Virus record (IMG/VR): IMGVR_UViG_3300045988_141012
Strand: one strand, 5' to 3'
Length of the DNA: 64,000 nucleotides
Source of the DNA: a virus
The translations under genes were made by a program, and so were the position numbers. Position 1 is the stretch's first letter; each line of letters begins with the position of its first letter. The notes below the pieces were generated by a model that was given only the letters and a program-made list of their open reading frames with translations, did no database searches and was not told the origin of the DNA. Shown one piece after another: positions 37,351-47,054 of the stretch.

Positions 37351-37404
37351 ATGATTGGTGTAACCATGATTCTCATAATAACAAACGGCAAAGGTCACGG
37401 TTAA
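37351..37404 (+). CDS. 17-aa leader peptide candidate MIGVTMILIITNGKGHG
   Basis: GGAGGT lies 5 nt before the ATG, and the stop codon sits inside the terminator loop. Confidence 0.3.
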   Translation: MIGVTMILIITNGKGHG

Positions 37405-37425
37405 TACCGTGGCTTTTGTTGTTTT
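37394..37425 (+). terminator. intrinsic terminator / attenuator
   Basis: GGTCACGG-TTAATA-CCGTGGC followed by TTTTGTTGTTTT. Confidence 0.6.
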
Positions 37426-37461
37426 GCGTTTGAAAATATTTTTTAAAATTGTCATATTTTG

Positions 37462-37490
37462 TTGAAATATATATACTTTCTTGATATAAT
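37462..37490 (+). promoter_or_regulatory. promoter TTGAAA-17 nt-TATAAT (TGATATAAT)
   Basis: -35 at 37462-37467 and -10 at 37485-37490. Confidence 0.55.
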
Positions 37491-37527
37491 ACAATAAAGT
37501 AAAATTATCAAGGATGGTTTGGCTAAT

Positions 37528-38394
37528 ATGAAGAAAAAGAGTTTTATAAGGATATTGTTGTTGTATTTACTGTTTTATGTGATTTTAAGTTCAATATTTG
37601 TTGTCATTTATAGTATTAATGCCGATGACGACATACCATTAAAAGAATTGATTATGTTTTCATTTGCAAAAAGCGTAAATTGCTCGTTAGATTCCCCTAT
37701 TACAATTTCTAATAATATAATTATGATAATTCAAAGTATAATCAGTCAACTAGGTATGGCAGTTTTAACGGCATATTTACTATGTAGCATATTTAATGTT
37801 AGCGGAGACAATGTTCAATTATTGGATACTATGATTATTAGGGATCGTGGCATAAATGGTATATCTCCATGCGTAATGGTTCTTAATAAAAATAAAGATT
37901 GTATATATAATATTAAATGTACTGTGCGTATTTTAAAATTTGATAAATCCATTACCAGACATCAAGGACACCCATTGTATAGAACAAAATTATTAAATGA
38001 AATAGAATTAAATGCTATAGAAATTGAAAATTATTATCGTTTCTCATTTTCAATAGATAGTCTTCCAACAGAAATATGGGCAGATATTGTAGAGTTTCAA
38101 AATAATAACAAGGATAATATAGCTGTTAATTATCCTTGGAAAATATCAGTAGTAATTACCGGCGTTTTAAATAATTATGGTGGAAACTTTTTAATAAAAA
38201 GAAATTACACAATTAATGATATTTCAATAGCTAAAGGCACTGAACCAATTAATTCCATTAAGTATGTAAATGGACAATTTGTAAAAACAAAATGTAATTG
38301 GAACAATGCTGAAATTATACAAGAATACGAGTATCCAGAAAAGCTTAGAATAATTCAAGAAATTAAGAATTACATAAGTAAAAGTCACAAATAA
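37528..38394 (+). CDS. membrane protein: two TM helices flanking a short re-entrant-like segment, plus a ~190-aa soluble beta-rich domain (ion-channel-like architecture)
   Basis: TM1 is IRILLLYLLFYVILSSIFVVIYSI and TM2 is IIMIIQSIISQLGMAVLTAYLLCSIF. The layout resembles 2-TM (Kir-type) channels, but there is no GYG filter. ATG 37528 lies 10 nt after AAGGATGG. Confidence 0.55.
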   Translation: MKKKSFIRILLLYLLFYVILSSIFVVIYSINADDDIPLKELIMFSFAKSVNCSLDSPITISNNIIMIIQSIISQLGMAVLTAYLLCSIFNVSGDNVQLLDTMIIRDRGINGISPCVMVLNKNKDCIYNIKCTVRILKFDKSITRHQGHPLYRTKLLNEIELNAIEIENYYRFSFSIDSLPTEIWADIVEFQNNNKDNIAVNYPWKISVVITGVLNNYGGNFLIKRNYTINDISIAKGTEPINSIKYVNGQFVKTKCNWNNAEIIQEYEYPEKLRIIQEIKNYISKSHK

Positions 38395-38460
38395 TTAAGT
38401 TCGCCGGCAATTATGGCTTATTTTTGTAGAATGACATTTGTTAAAGATAATAATGATACA

Positions 38461-38496
38461 AAAGACTTACCTCTTAATGAGATAAGTCTTTTTTGA
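38461..38496. terminator. bidirectional terminator between convergent genes
   Basis: AAAGACTTA (38461-38469) pairs with TAAGTCTTT (38483-38491), followed by TTTT. Confidence 0.6.
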
Positions 38497-38500
38497 TGCA

Positions 38501-38965
38501 TCAGAACTTACACCCACATTTATTACACTTATAAGTCTTACCCAAGTCCCCTGCCCCGAAGATACCGAACAAGCCTATCTTCCCTGCTTTTGAAAGATTT
38601 GATATTTTTGATAAGTCTGTGCTGTTGCAGTGTGGACAGTGAGGCAAGCCGGATTGCAATTCTGCAATCTTTGCGTCGTGTTGTTTTTCAAATTGTAAAT
38701 ATCGTGTTCTATATTCAATGATATCATCTTTGCGAAGTTTAACCATTGCTTCTATGAATTCAGGGTCTTTGGTTTGTCCCCAAAGAATCATAAATTCACT
38801 ATCCGGTATATCAACAGGCTCTCCCTCGCAATGATGTTTAGGACAAATTCTTGGTGGAACTTCCCAGTTGGATTCTTTGCAAAATTCTTCGCTTAATTTC
38901 CTAAAGAAACCATCACCCGTCTCTTCTTTACACTTAGGACAAAAGAGTACAATATGCGTTTCCAT
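38501..38965 (-). CDS. double zinc-ribbon protein (154 aa), opposite strand, G+C-richer than its surroundings
   Basis: CPKC...CPKHHC near the N-terminus and CPHCNS...CNKCGCKF at the C-terminus. Minus-strand GGGAGG lies 7 nt before the ATG. Confidence 0.65.
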   Translation of the reverse strand: METHIVLFCPKCKEETGDGFFRKLSEEFCKESNWEVPPRICPKHHCEGEPVDIPDSEFMILWGQTKDPEFIEAMVKLRKDDIIEYRTRYLQFEKQHDAKIAELQSGLPHCPHCNSTDLSKISNLSKAGKIGLFGIFGAGDLGKTYKCNKCGCKF

Positions 38966-39074
38966 AATTATACCTCCCTATGATTTTTATTGTTATCTAC
39001 ATTATATACCAAAAGACGGTGTATTTCAAGTATAATTTACCAATAGTTATCGGAAGTAACTATTCAGAATTAAA

Positions 39075-42000
39075 TTGGCAGTACAATACAATTCTGAAAA
39101 AGGTAAAATATATTATCCTTGGAAACAAGCAATAAAATCACTTGGAGCTAAACCACGTACTGAAATCACACAAGAAGAAATTGATTGGTGGGACGACGAG
39201 ACTAATAGTCCCAAAGAGGTTCAGGCTCATCTAAAGGGTCAGCCAAAAGAAAAACAAGCCGAAATTCTTGAATCGTACAAAATTCCAACTAAAGAGTTAG
39301 AGAAGTTTGTTACAGCACAAGAACATGCCAATGATGGCGTTGAAGAATATAAAGCCGCACTTGCTGCCGCAGGCAATCAAGGTTCAAAGTTCGGTGGTAT
39401 AGTAAAGAGTATCGGTGCAAGCCTTGCAAGTGCCGGTATTAATATGCTTATAGGCATAGGCATTGACTTACTTATCAAGGGCATTGATAAAGCAATTCAT
39501 TATAGCGAAGATTTGAGAAAAGCTTCTACGGAATTGACTAATCAGTATAAAGAAGAACAAGAATCTTTAGATGATAGTCGTCAAAGTTATGAAGAATTAG
39601 CTCAAAAAATGCAGAATGCTAATTTGACAACTGATGAAGTCAAATCAAACAAAGAAGAACTTTCAAAAATTCAACAAGACCTTATAGACAAATTTGGATT
39701 AGAAGCTGAAGGAATTGACCTTGTTAATGGTAAATACGACGAGCAAATAAAGAAACTTGATGAAATTGAAAGACAAAAAGCTAAAGATTATGTCCGTAAT
39801 GAACAAGGCAATATCGGTGCAGACAAAGATAAAATTAATAAACAAAAAAAAGTTACTACAAGACAACCAATATACGGCATATTTACTGACAATTTATTGA
39901 CTGATGCATTACCATCACTTCAAAAATCAGTATCTTTGAATACACCGACTGTTTTTTATTCAGTAAAAGGGAATATTGGTGATTTATATGAAGAACTAAC
40001 AAATGCTTATGATAAAATTGCCAAAGAAAAGGGCATAAATGAACAAACACAGGATTCTTTAGATGTAATTAATAAGTTAATAAATGGCTTAAAATATGAT
40101 GATTATGCACAATCTTTGAATAATATAAAGGAATATTCAAAAGCACTTGTGTTATCAAATAATAATTATTATGATGTTTATACAGATTTACAAAATGCTA
40201 TAAATGATTATAATACTGCATTGCAAAGTGGGGAAAATATAGATCAAGCATTTGATAACTTAACAAGAATTCAAAATAAAGTTACTTTAATCACTCAAGG
40301 TGCGGATGATGCGAAATATGCTTTTGATGATTTATTGGATAGTATTGATAGAGGTAGTGAAACCGACCACAAGATAAAAGTAGGTCTTGAAACCAATAAA
40401 GATGAAGTTCAAAATATTCTACAAAGCTTTAAAGACAACGGAGTAAAGACAACAGACCTTTTTGACATTGATATAAATGCAGACGATACTAACATTCCTG
40501 AAATTCAGCAACAATTTAAAGATTTATGTCGCATATTAGGTATCACTCAAGATGAAGTAGACACTTTACTTACAAAGCTATCAGATGACAATGTTATCAT
40601 TGACATTGACAGCGAAGCGAAATCAGTTTCAGATTTTACAAAGAATGTTACTGATTTGACTACAAGTATAAGGAAGACAGAGCGGTCTTGGAAATACTAT
40701 GCTCAAATCGCAGACGTTGTAAACGGTAAGACTGCTATGACTGATGAACAAATGTCTGATTTGGTTAAAGAATTTCCTGATTTAAAGAAAAAGTTAAAAC
40801 TTACAACTGAGGGTTGGTCTTTGGAATCAGGTGCAATGGACGTTGTTCAAAATGGTATTGCTGACCTACAATCTGCATATTTAAATGCACAAATTGATAT
40901 GTCAAATGGTGCATATAATGCAATGATGGCTCGTGTTGGTACTAATATGGAAGAATTGAATCAAATCCAAAATATTAGTCAGGCATATGCTATTCTTGCT
41001 CGTAATTGGGGTAATACAAAATCACTTGCAGTCATCAATACTAATGGCAAAAATGTTATTGATACAAGTAACTTGAGTACGGATGAACAGTTTGTCGTCC
41101 AATATGCTACTATGCAAATTGCATCAAAAAAGGCAAAGGACAGACTTAAAGCTGCTAATTCTTTAGGGTCTGATGACAATGAAAAGAAAAAAGATTCGGC
41201 GAAGAGAACTTATGATAAAAAGGTTAAAGAAATCAACGAGAAACAATATGATGCTGATTTCAAATATCAAATTGATACTGTAACAAATGCTTTAAAAGCC
41301 TATACAGAACAAGTTGAAGCCTTAAAAACTGCATATGACGGTTTATATGAAAAAGATTATTCCGGTAAAATGGATTTGCTTAATCAGAGGTACTTGGTTC
41401 AGACTCAATATGCTCAAAGATTACATCAAGAATTAGATAGTTTAATAAATTCAGTTCCTGAAACCTCATCTTCTTGGTCGGAATTAGCTTCTACTCTTGA
41501 AACAGTATCAAATGATTACTTCGAAGCTCAGAAAAATCTTATAGAATATCGTGATACAATTTACGAAACATCCATTGATTCAATAAGCGACTCTGCAAAA
41601 GGTATTGTTGACCAAGTTAAAAATGCTAAAAGTTTGTTGGATAATTCTTTTGATTATCTCAAAAATGGTTCTTTAGCAGGCGACGGTCTTTGGTCTACTC
41701 CCCTAACACCTTCTGTTTCAAAAGATAAGGTTTCTCAAGAACGAGCAGACAAGAAAAAGTTATTAGAGGAAGAAAAGAAATATCAAAATAAGATTCAAGA
41801 AATTCGTCAACGTGCAACAAAAGAAGCAAAGGATTATGATGATGCACAACGTCAAGAAGAATTACAAGACGCTTTAGACGATTACAATAGTGCTATTGAA
41901 CAAGCAACTGCTTCTGCAACGGCGGCATATACGGATTTTAACGATAGTTGGTACGAGGATACCAAGCTTACTCTTGATGAATTACAACAGTATTTTGATG

Positions 42001-45000
42001 AACACGGCATTAATATCAAACTTAATGTAAAAACTGCCGAAGAATTAGAACAAGAAGCTCAAGAAAAAGCACAAGAAGAAGGTACCAGCATTATAGATAA
42101 GACTGAGGGCAATAGTTTTTCTAATGTTAAAAGTCTTTCATCAGATAAAGCTAAATTCTATAATGACATTGCAAAAGGCAAATCAAGTGTAAAAGCAAGT
42201 GATATAAAGAATAGTATTGATGGAATTCCATTAGACGCAAAAATTAAGCGTGACGGTCATATTTATCGTGGTGATGAAGATTTAGGTACTTGGGGTGTTT
42301 CAAATCACAAGTTTGTATACGCTGAAAAGTATGCCAAAGGCGGTACAACATCACAAGGACTTACAATCACAGGTGACGGTACGGGAGTATATGCAGGACA
42401 AGAAGCGTATATAGGACAAGACGGCAAACTTCATCTATTCAATAATGAAGCACAACTATCTGAATTACCTCCGAATACTCGCATTGTCAATGCAAAAGAC
42501 TTGCAGAATATCATTAAATATACTGGTATGAAGTATTTTTATCAGCCTATTGAAAATATTCAATCTGCAACGGTTGATAAGTTTGCACAAGGCAATACAA
42601 ATGTTTCATTCTCCCCTATTCCATATAATACATTGTCTACTCAAACATTGTATTCAGATGTTAACGTACAAGCAATGGTTGAAGAGACTATTGCGGAAAT
42701 CAACAATGAGTTTAATGCTTTAAAAGGCAATATAAAATTTAGTGCGGTACAAACTGCATTCAAGAACAGTCTGACTGATAAGAAGATGTACAAAGACTTA
42801 TCAAACACTATTGTTAATATGACATCGCAGTCGCTTGACAAAGCTGATAAGAGTACACTTTCAGATTCGGTTGTTGGACTTATTTTGCAAAATTCAGTTT
42901 GGAATGATTTACCGAATGAATTGCAGAATAAATTGTCTGAATTGAATGTAAATGCAGATAATTGGACTGATTGGATACAAGACTCAAATAATTCACTTCA
43001 AGCATTTAACCTAATGCAAGATGGTGGAATGAGTAGTTGGGATTTGCTTGATAGCAACGTAACTTCTCTGTTACAACAAGCAGGTATTAATGGCAAAGAC
43101 GCTTGGGATAAATTTGTACAAGATGACCCACTACAAGCATTGACTTTGTTATCATCTTCTTGGAATAGTATGAATGATACTATTGGGCAATATATGACAG
43201 ATGCTCAAACCATTGCTGCCAATGGGGCAAGAGCTATTCAATCACTACAAATAATTGCACCGTCTATATCGGAGCAATCTTGGAACGCATTGCAAGTATT
43301 GATTGCTAATAAGATACAAGAAATCATATCATTAATGAATGAAGTGTTTGGTGAAAATACAGTTGATATGAACTTTGCTATCAATGTGGGCGGAAGTTTA
43401 CAAGGAAATGCACAGACTAACCCGCAAGGCGAAAGTGCGGTAGTCGATTCTGCCCGTAAGTATCTTGGAACACCTTATGTTTGGGGTGGTACTTCTCCAT
43501 CTGGTTTTGATTGTAGCGGATTTGTACAATATGTATTAGCTGAAAATGGTAAATCAGTGCCGAGAACTTCTCAAGAACAATTTGCGTCAGGTCAAGCTGT
43601 TGATAAAAGTAATCTTCAAGCTGGTGACTTAGTGTTCTATAATTGGAGTGGAGGAACAGAAGCAACCCATGTAGGAATATATGAAGGCAATGGTAAGATG
43701 ATTCACGCACCGCATCCAGGCGATGTTGTCAAGGAAGTTGACTTTAATTCTTACGGTCAAAATGTTTATCTTGGTGCAAGACGTTATTATAAAGGTACTG
43801 AGGGTGCATTGCCTGGACTTGCTAAACTCGGTGATGAAGCAGAAGTAAGAGGATTAAACTATCCTACACCTGAAATTCTTATCAGACAAAAGACAGGTAA
43901 AGCATATCTTACTGGTTTAGATGGCACACAGATTGTTAATCTTGACAGAGGTGATACAGTTATCCCTTATGCCGATACAAAGCGAATTTTAAACGGCAAT
44001 GTACGTCATGCTTATGCTAATGGTACACCAAATGCAAAAGACGCTATATCAAGGATTTTAGGCATAAACAATGTCAAGAATAGAGTGAATAACGGCTCTG
44101 CAAGAAGTAATAATTCGGGTATAACAAATAATACAGTTCAACAATCGTGGGATACAAATGATTTCGGACAAGGCGTAGGTAAGTCACATTCATATACCGC
44201 TTTTGACGAAAATGGATATTTGGGTTCATCGCTTGGATATTGGGATACAAGTTCAAGTGCTTGGAAACTATTTAAGAAGTTGTTGGATAGCGGTGATTTA
44301 TCAACCGATGAGAATGGCATCTATACATATAAAGGTGCTCGTCTTGTAGCAATGACATCTACTTTTGGTAAGCCTGGAGATGTTATGAGATACACTCAAG
44401 ATGACGGTAGTGTATTTTACGGTATCATAATGGACGAGAAGTCGCAAGCATATACTTGGTACGATAATAACCCTGCCAACAAGTGGGGTCATAACAACGG
44501 ACAAGATATGGTTGAATTTGAAGTTAAGAAATCAGCGATTGCTCCTGCTTATAAAGCTAACGGTGGTACTCCTCCATATGGTAATCTAAATCATGCGATT
44601 ACTTTAATTGAGAATTTAGGTTCGTTGGAAGGCTTTGATTTTTCTGATATGCCTTCTGTCGGCGGAACTTCTGTATTAACTCAAAAAATGCAAGAGTTTA
44701 TGTCTAAGCTTCAACAAGTTTATGGTACATTCAAGACTAATACTCATACATCGGCTACTAAGGTCGGCAATGTAAAGTCTTTAGGTGACAAAAAGCAAAG
44801 TAGTTATAGCTTTGATGTACCATTTACTCAAAGAGAAAAAGGTGGCATTGCTCCTGCTGGAACAGTTGTATTAGGTAATGAATATCGTAGGACTGAAGCA
44901 ACTATTGACGAAAAAGGTAATGTTGTTCCATTGGGTGACGGTACTCCACAAGTATTTGTTTCTGACAAGCCATTCCCTGTTATTAACGCTGATGACTATG

Positions 45001-45398
45001 CTAAGATTAAGAAGTATGGCGGTGATAAAAAGCCGGTACAGTTCTTAAAGAATGGTAATACATCAGTCAGTGTTAATGCCGATAATACAGACGAAGAAAA
45101 GGAACAAACTGCCGAAGAACGTAAAGCAGAAGAAAAAGAAAAAGAACGTCTTGGTTTCCTTGAAAGTATTTCTAAAAATTTAACCAAAGGCACATTGGAT
45201 GATGAAATCAAAGGTTATGATTATGATACTTTAAAAGGTTTAAAAGAAATGTCTGAATCTTGGGGGAAAGATGACGACCTTACTTCTGAAATCTTAAAGA
45301 GTTTTAAAGACTATGCTGAAGATTTCTCAAAATTGGACGATTGGATTGAGAATGACCTTGAAGATACTTTAAATACCTATAATGAAGACTTTTATTAA
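39075..45398 (+). CDS. giant tail/tape-measure-like protein segment with NlpC/P60 peptidase domain (ORF 2107 aa; modelled as internal exon 39068-45395)
   Basis: No ATG and no SD; the track M is TTG and the frame is open back to 39060. Contains a hydrophobic G-rich segment, long coiled coils and NlpC/P60 (YLGTPYVWGGTSPSGFDCSGFVQY...THVGIY...MIHAP, nt ~43440-43750). The stop TAA is formed by the first three intron nucleotides. Confidence 0.75.
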   Translation: MAVQYNSEKGKIYYPWKQAIKSLGAKPRTEITQEEIDWWDDETNSPKEVQAHLKGQPKEKQAEILESYKIPTKELEKFVTAQEHANDGVEEYKAALAAAGNQGSKFGGIVKSIGASLASAGINMLIGIGIDLLIKGIDKAIHYSEDLRKASTELTNQYKEEQESLDDSRQSYEELAQKMQNANLTTDEVKSNKEELSKIQQDLIDKFGLEAEGIDLVNGKYDEQIKKLDEIERQKAKDYVRNEQGNIGADKDKINKQKKVTTRQPIYGIFTDNLLTDALPSLQKSVSLNTPTVFYSVKGNIGDLYEELTNAYDKIAKEKGINEQTQDSLDVINKLINGLKYDDYAQSLNNIKEYSKALVLSNNNYYDVYTDLQNAINDYNTALQSGENIDQAFDNLTRIQNKVTLITQGADDAKYAFDDLLDSIDRGSETDHKIKVGLETNKDEVQNILQSFKDNGVKTTDLFDIDINADDTNIPEIQQQFKDLCRILGITQDEVDTLLTKLSDDNVIIDIDSEAKSVSDFTKNVTDLTTSIRKTERSWKYYAQIADVVNGKTAMTDEQMSDLVKEFPDLKKKLKLTTEGWSLESGAMDVVQNGIADLQSAYLNAQIDMSNGAYNAMMARVGTNMEELNQIQNISQAYAILARNWGNTKSLAVINTNGKNVIDTSNLSTDEQFVVQYATMQIASKKAKDRLKAANSLGSDDNEKKKDSAKRTYDKKVKEINEKQYDADFKYQIDTVTNALKAYTEQVEALKTAYDGLYEKDYSGKMDLLNQRYLVQTQYAQRLHQELDSLINSVPETSSSWSELASTLETVSNDYFEAQKNLIEYRDTIYETSIDSISDSAKGIVDQVKNAKSLLDNSFDYLKNGSLAGDGLWSTPLTPSVSKDKVSQERADKKKLLEEEKKYQNKIQEIRQRATKEAKDYDDAQRQEELQDALDDYNSAIEQATASATAAYTDFNDSWYEDTKLTLDELQQYFDEHGINIKLNVKTAEELEQEAQEKAQEEGTSIIDKTEGNSFSNVKSLSSDKAKFYNDIAKGKSSVKASDIKNSIDGIPLDAKIKRDGHIYRGDEDLGTWGVSNHKFVYAEKYAKGGTTSQGLTITGDGTGVYAGQEAYIGQDGKLHLFNNEAQLSELPPNTRIVNAKDLQNIIKYTGMKYFYQPIENIQSATVDKFAQGNTNVSFSPIPYNTLSTQTLYSDVNVQAMVEETIAEINNEFNALKGNIKFSAVQTAFKNSLTDKKMYKDLSNTIVNMTSQSLDKADKSTLSDSVVGLILQNSVWNDLPNELQNKLSELNVNADNWTDWIQDSNNSLQAFNLMQDGGMSSWDLLDSNVTSLLQQAGINGKDAWDKFVQDDPLQALTLLSSSWNSMNDTIGQYMTDAQTIAANGARAIQSLQIIAPSISEQSWNALQVLIANKIQEIISLMNEVFGENTVDMNFAINVGGSLQGNAQTNPQGESAVVDSARKYLGTPYVWGGTSPSGFDCSGFVQYVLAENGKSVPRTSQEQFASGQAVDKSNLQAGDLVFYNWSGGTEATHVGIYEGNGKMIHAPHPGDVVKEVDFNSYGQNVYLGARRYYKGTEGALPGLAKLGDEAEVRGLNYPTPEILIRQKTGKAYLTGLDGTQIVNLDRGDTVIPYADTKRILNGNVRHAYANGTPNAKDAISRILGINNVKNRVNNGSARSNNSGITNNTVQQSWDTNDFGQGVGKSHSYTAFDENGYLGSSLGYWDTSSSAWKLFKKLLDSGDLSTDENGIYTYKGARLVAMTSTFGKPGDVMRYTQDDGSVFYGIIMDEKSQAYTWYDNNPANKWGHNNGQDMVEFEVKKSAIAPAYKANGGTPPYGNLNHAITLIENLGSLEGFDFSDMPSVGGTSVLTQKMQEFMSKLQQVYGTFKTNTHTSATKVGNVKSLGDKKQSSYSFDVPFTQREKGGIAPAGTVVLGNEYRRTEATIDEKGNVVPLGDGTPQVFVSDKPFPVINADDYAKIKKYGGDKKPVQFLKNGNTSVSVNADNTDEEKEQTAEERKAEEKEKERLGFLESISKNLTKGTLDDEIKGYDYDTLKGLKEMSESWGKDDDLTSEILKSFKDYAEDFSKLDDWIENDLEDTLNTYNEDFY

Positions 45399-45505
45399 AC
45401 GAGTCAAGAACACTCGTGACTTTAGTCATGAGATGAATTGACGAGAATAGTAAGCACGTAGGGAAACTTGCGTGTAGTGGTGCTTATGGCATCCAATACT
45501 ACTTG

Positions 45506-45674
45506 AATTGCTGGAAATTCCTAAAGCTATTCAAACTACAACGTAATATCTTCAAAGATATAAGCGTGAATGTGACGAAAGTAGAAAAAATTGAATAGAT
45601 GGTGCAAGGTTAAATCCTAAACACTAAAATAATGGATAATCAGCAGCTAAGACCGAAAGGTAAAGTTCAACGAC
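45506..45674 (+). repeat. 169-nt intron-core repeat, copy B
   Basis: 4 mismatches to 20390-20558. Confidence 0.9.
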
Positions 45675-45947
45675 CATTCCTCTTGAGGGAAGTAGGGACA
45701 AGCGTCCCGAAGTGGGTAGACCCTAACGTGTAATGACGAGGGATAAGATATGGTCTGTGCTTATAGGAAACTATAAGATACCTACTGCTAAACCATAAGG
45801 CAGATAAGGATACATAGAATTAGCGACTCTATGTGAACGACAACCTCTAAAACGATTAAAGAATCTTACGGTTCTTATATATTATTTAAAACTTAATAAC
45901 CTTTCACTTTTTAAACGGAGAATAATTAAGTGAAAGGAAGTGATATT

Positions 45948-47054
45948 ATGGCTGAAAAAGCTTATAAGTATAGAATTTATCCTAATAAGAAACAACAAGA
46001 GTTAATTCAAAAAACTTTTGGTTGTACAAGATTTGTGTATAACTATTATCTTGATAAAAGGATAAAAACGTATGAGCAAGATAAAATGACTTTTACATAC
46101 AACATGTGTTCTAAAGATTTAACCCAATTAAAGAAAGAATTGAGTTGGCTAAAAGAGGTTGATTCGGTTGGATTACAATCTTCACTTAGAGATTTAGACA
46201 TGGCATATCAGAAGTTTTTTAAAGAACATTCTGGTTATCCTAAATTCAAATCAAAGAAAAATAGACATAAGTCTTATAAGACAAAAAATACAAATAACTG
46301 TTTAGGTTTTGAAAATAAGCATATTAAACTTCCTAAACTTGGATTAGTAAAAGTAAGAGATAAACAAATTCCACAAGGACGAATTTTAAATGCCACAATA
46401 TCACAAGAATCAAATGGACAATATTACTGTTCGTTATGTTGTACAGATGTTGAATTTGTACAATACGAAAAGACAAATCAGAATATTGGTATAGATTTAG
46501 GTTTAGTAGATTTTGCAATATTATCTGATGGAAATAAAATTGACAATCCTCGATTTTATGAAAAATCAGAAAAGAAACTTGCTAAATTGCAACGAGAATT
46601 ATCAAGAAAAACAATTGGTAGTAATCGTTGGAATAAAGCAAGAGTGAAAGTTACAAAATTACAAAAGCATATTTCTAATCAACGAAATGATTTCTTACAT
46701 AAGTTAACAACAAACATTGTGAAAAATTTTGATGTTATTAGTATCGAAGATTTAGATGTTAAATCTATGAGAGAAACTGATAGCAATACAAGGAATAAAC
46801 GTGTTGGCGATGTTTCTTGGTCAGAATTTAGACGAATGCTTACATATAAATGTGAATGGTATGGAAAAACAGTATCGGTAATAGACAGATATTTTCCATC
46901 AAGTCAGATTTGTCATTGTTGTGGGCATAGAGATAGTAAGAAATCAGAAGATGTTAGAATTTGGTCTTGTCCTGCCTGTAATTCAGAATTAGATAGAGAT
47001 GTAAATGCAGCTATTAATATTTTGAATGAAGGATTAAGATTGGTAAATAATTAA
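45948..47054 (+). CDS. tnpB: TnpB (IS200/IS605 OrfB-family RNA-guided nuclease), apparently intact
   Basis: N-terminus AYKYRIYPNKKQQELIQKTFGCTRFVYNYYL. RuvC triad contexts IGIDLGL, ISIEDL and RDVNAAINI. Zinc finger CHCCGH...CPACNS. ATG 45948 follows AAAGGAAGTG. Confidence 0.9.
   Translation: MAEKAYKYRIYPNKKQQELIQKTFGCTRFVYNYYLDKRIKTYEQDKMTFTYNMCSKDLTQLKKELSWLKEVDSVGLQSSLRDLDMAYQKFFKEHSGYPKFKSKKNRHKSYKTKNTNNCLGFENKHIKLPKLGLVKVRDKQIPQGRILNATISQESNGQYYCSLCCTDVEFVQYEKTNQNIGIDLGLVDFAILSDGNKIDNPRFYEKSEKKLAKLQRELSRKTIGSNRWNKARVKVTKLQKHISNQRNDFLHKLTTNIVKNFDVISIEDLDVKSMRETDSNTRNKRVGDVSWSEFRRMLTYKCEWYGKTVSVIDRYFPSSQICHCCGHRDSKKSEDVRIWSCPACNSELDRDVNAAINILNEGLRLVNN

Larger units (their letters stand above)
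35097..39067 (+). mobile_element. group I intron with ~3.5 kb cargo island in a 3' peripheral loop (model)
   Basis: The ribozyme core is at 35097-35545 and a 3' closing helix plus terminal G is at 39045-39067. Splicing 35096 to 39068 preserves the reading frame into the start-less ORF 39075-45398. Confidence 0.5.

Noticed and set aside
37263-37363. Possible CRISPR array or type III (ToxIN-like) antitoxin repeats
   Set aside because: There are only two full 20-nt repeats plus one partial core, and no cas genes. The 40-nt units are conserved over only half their length, and the downstream protein is a membrane protein rather than a ToxN/CptN-type RNase.
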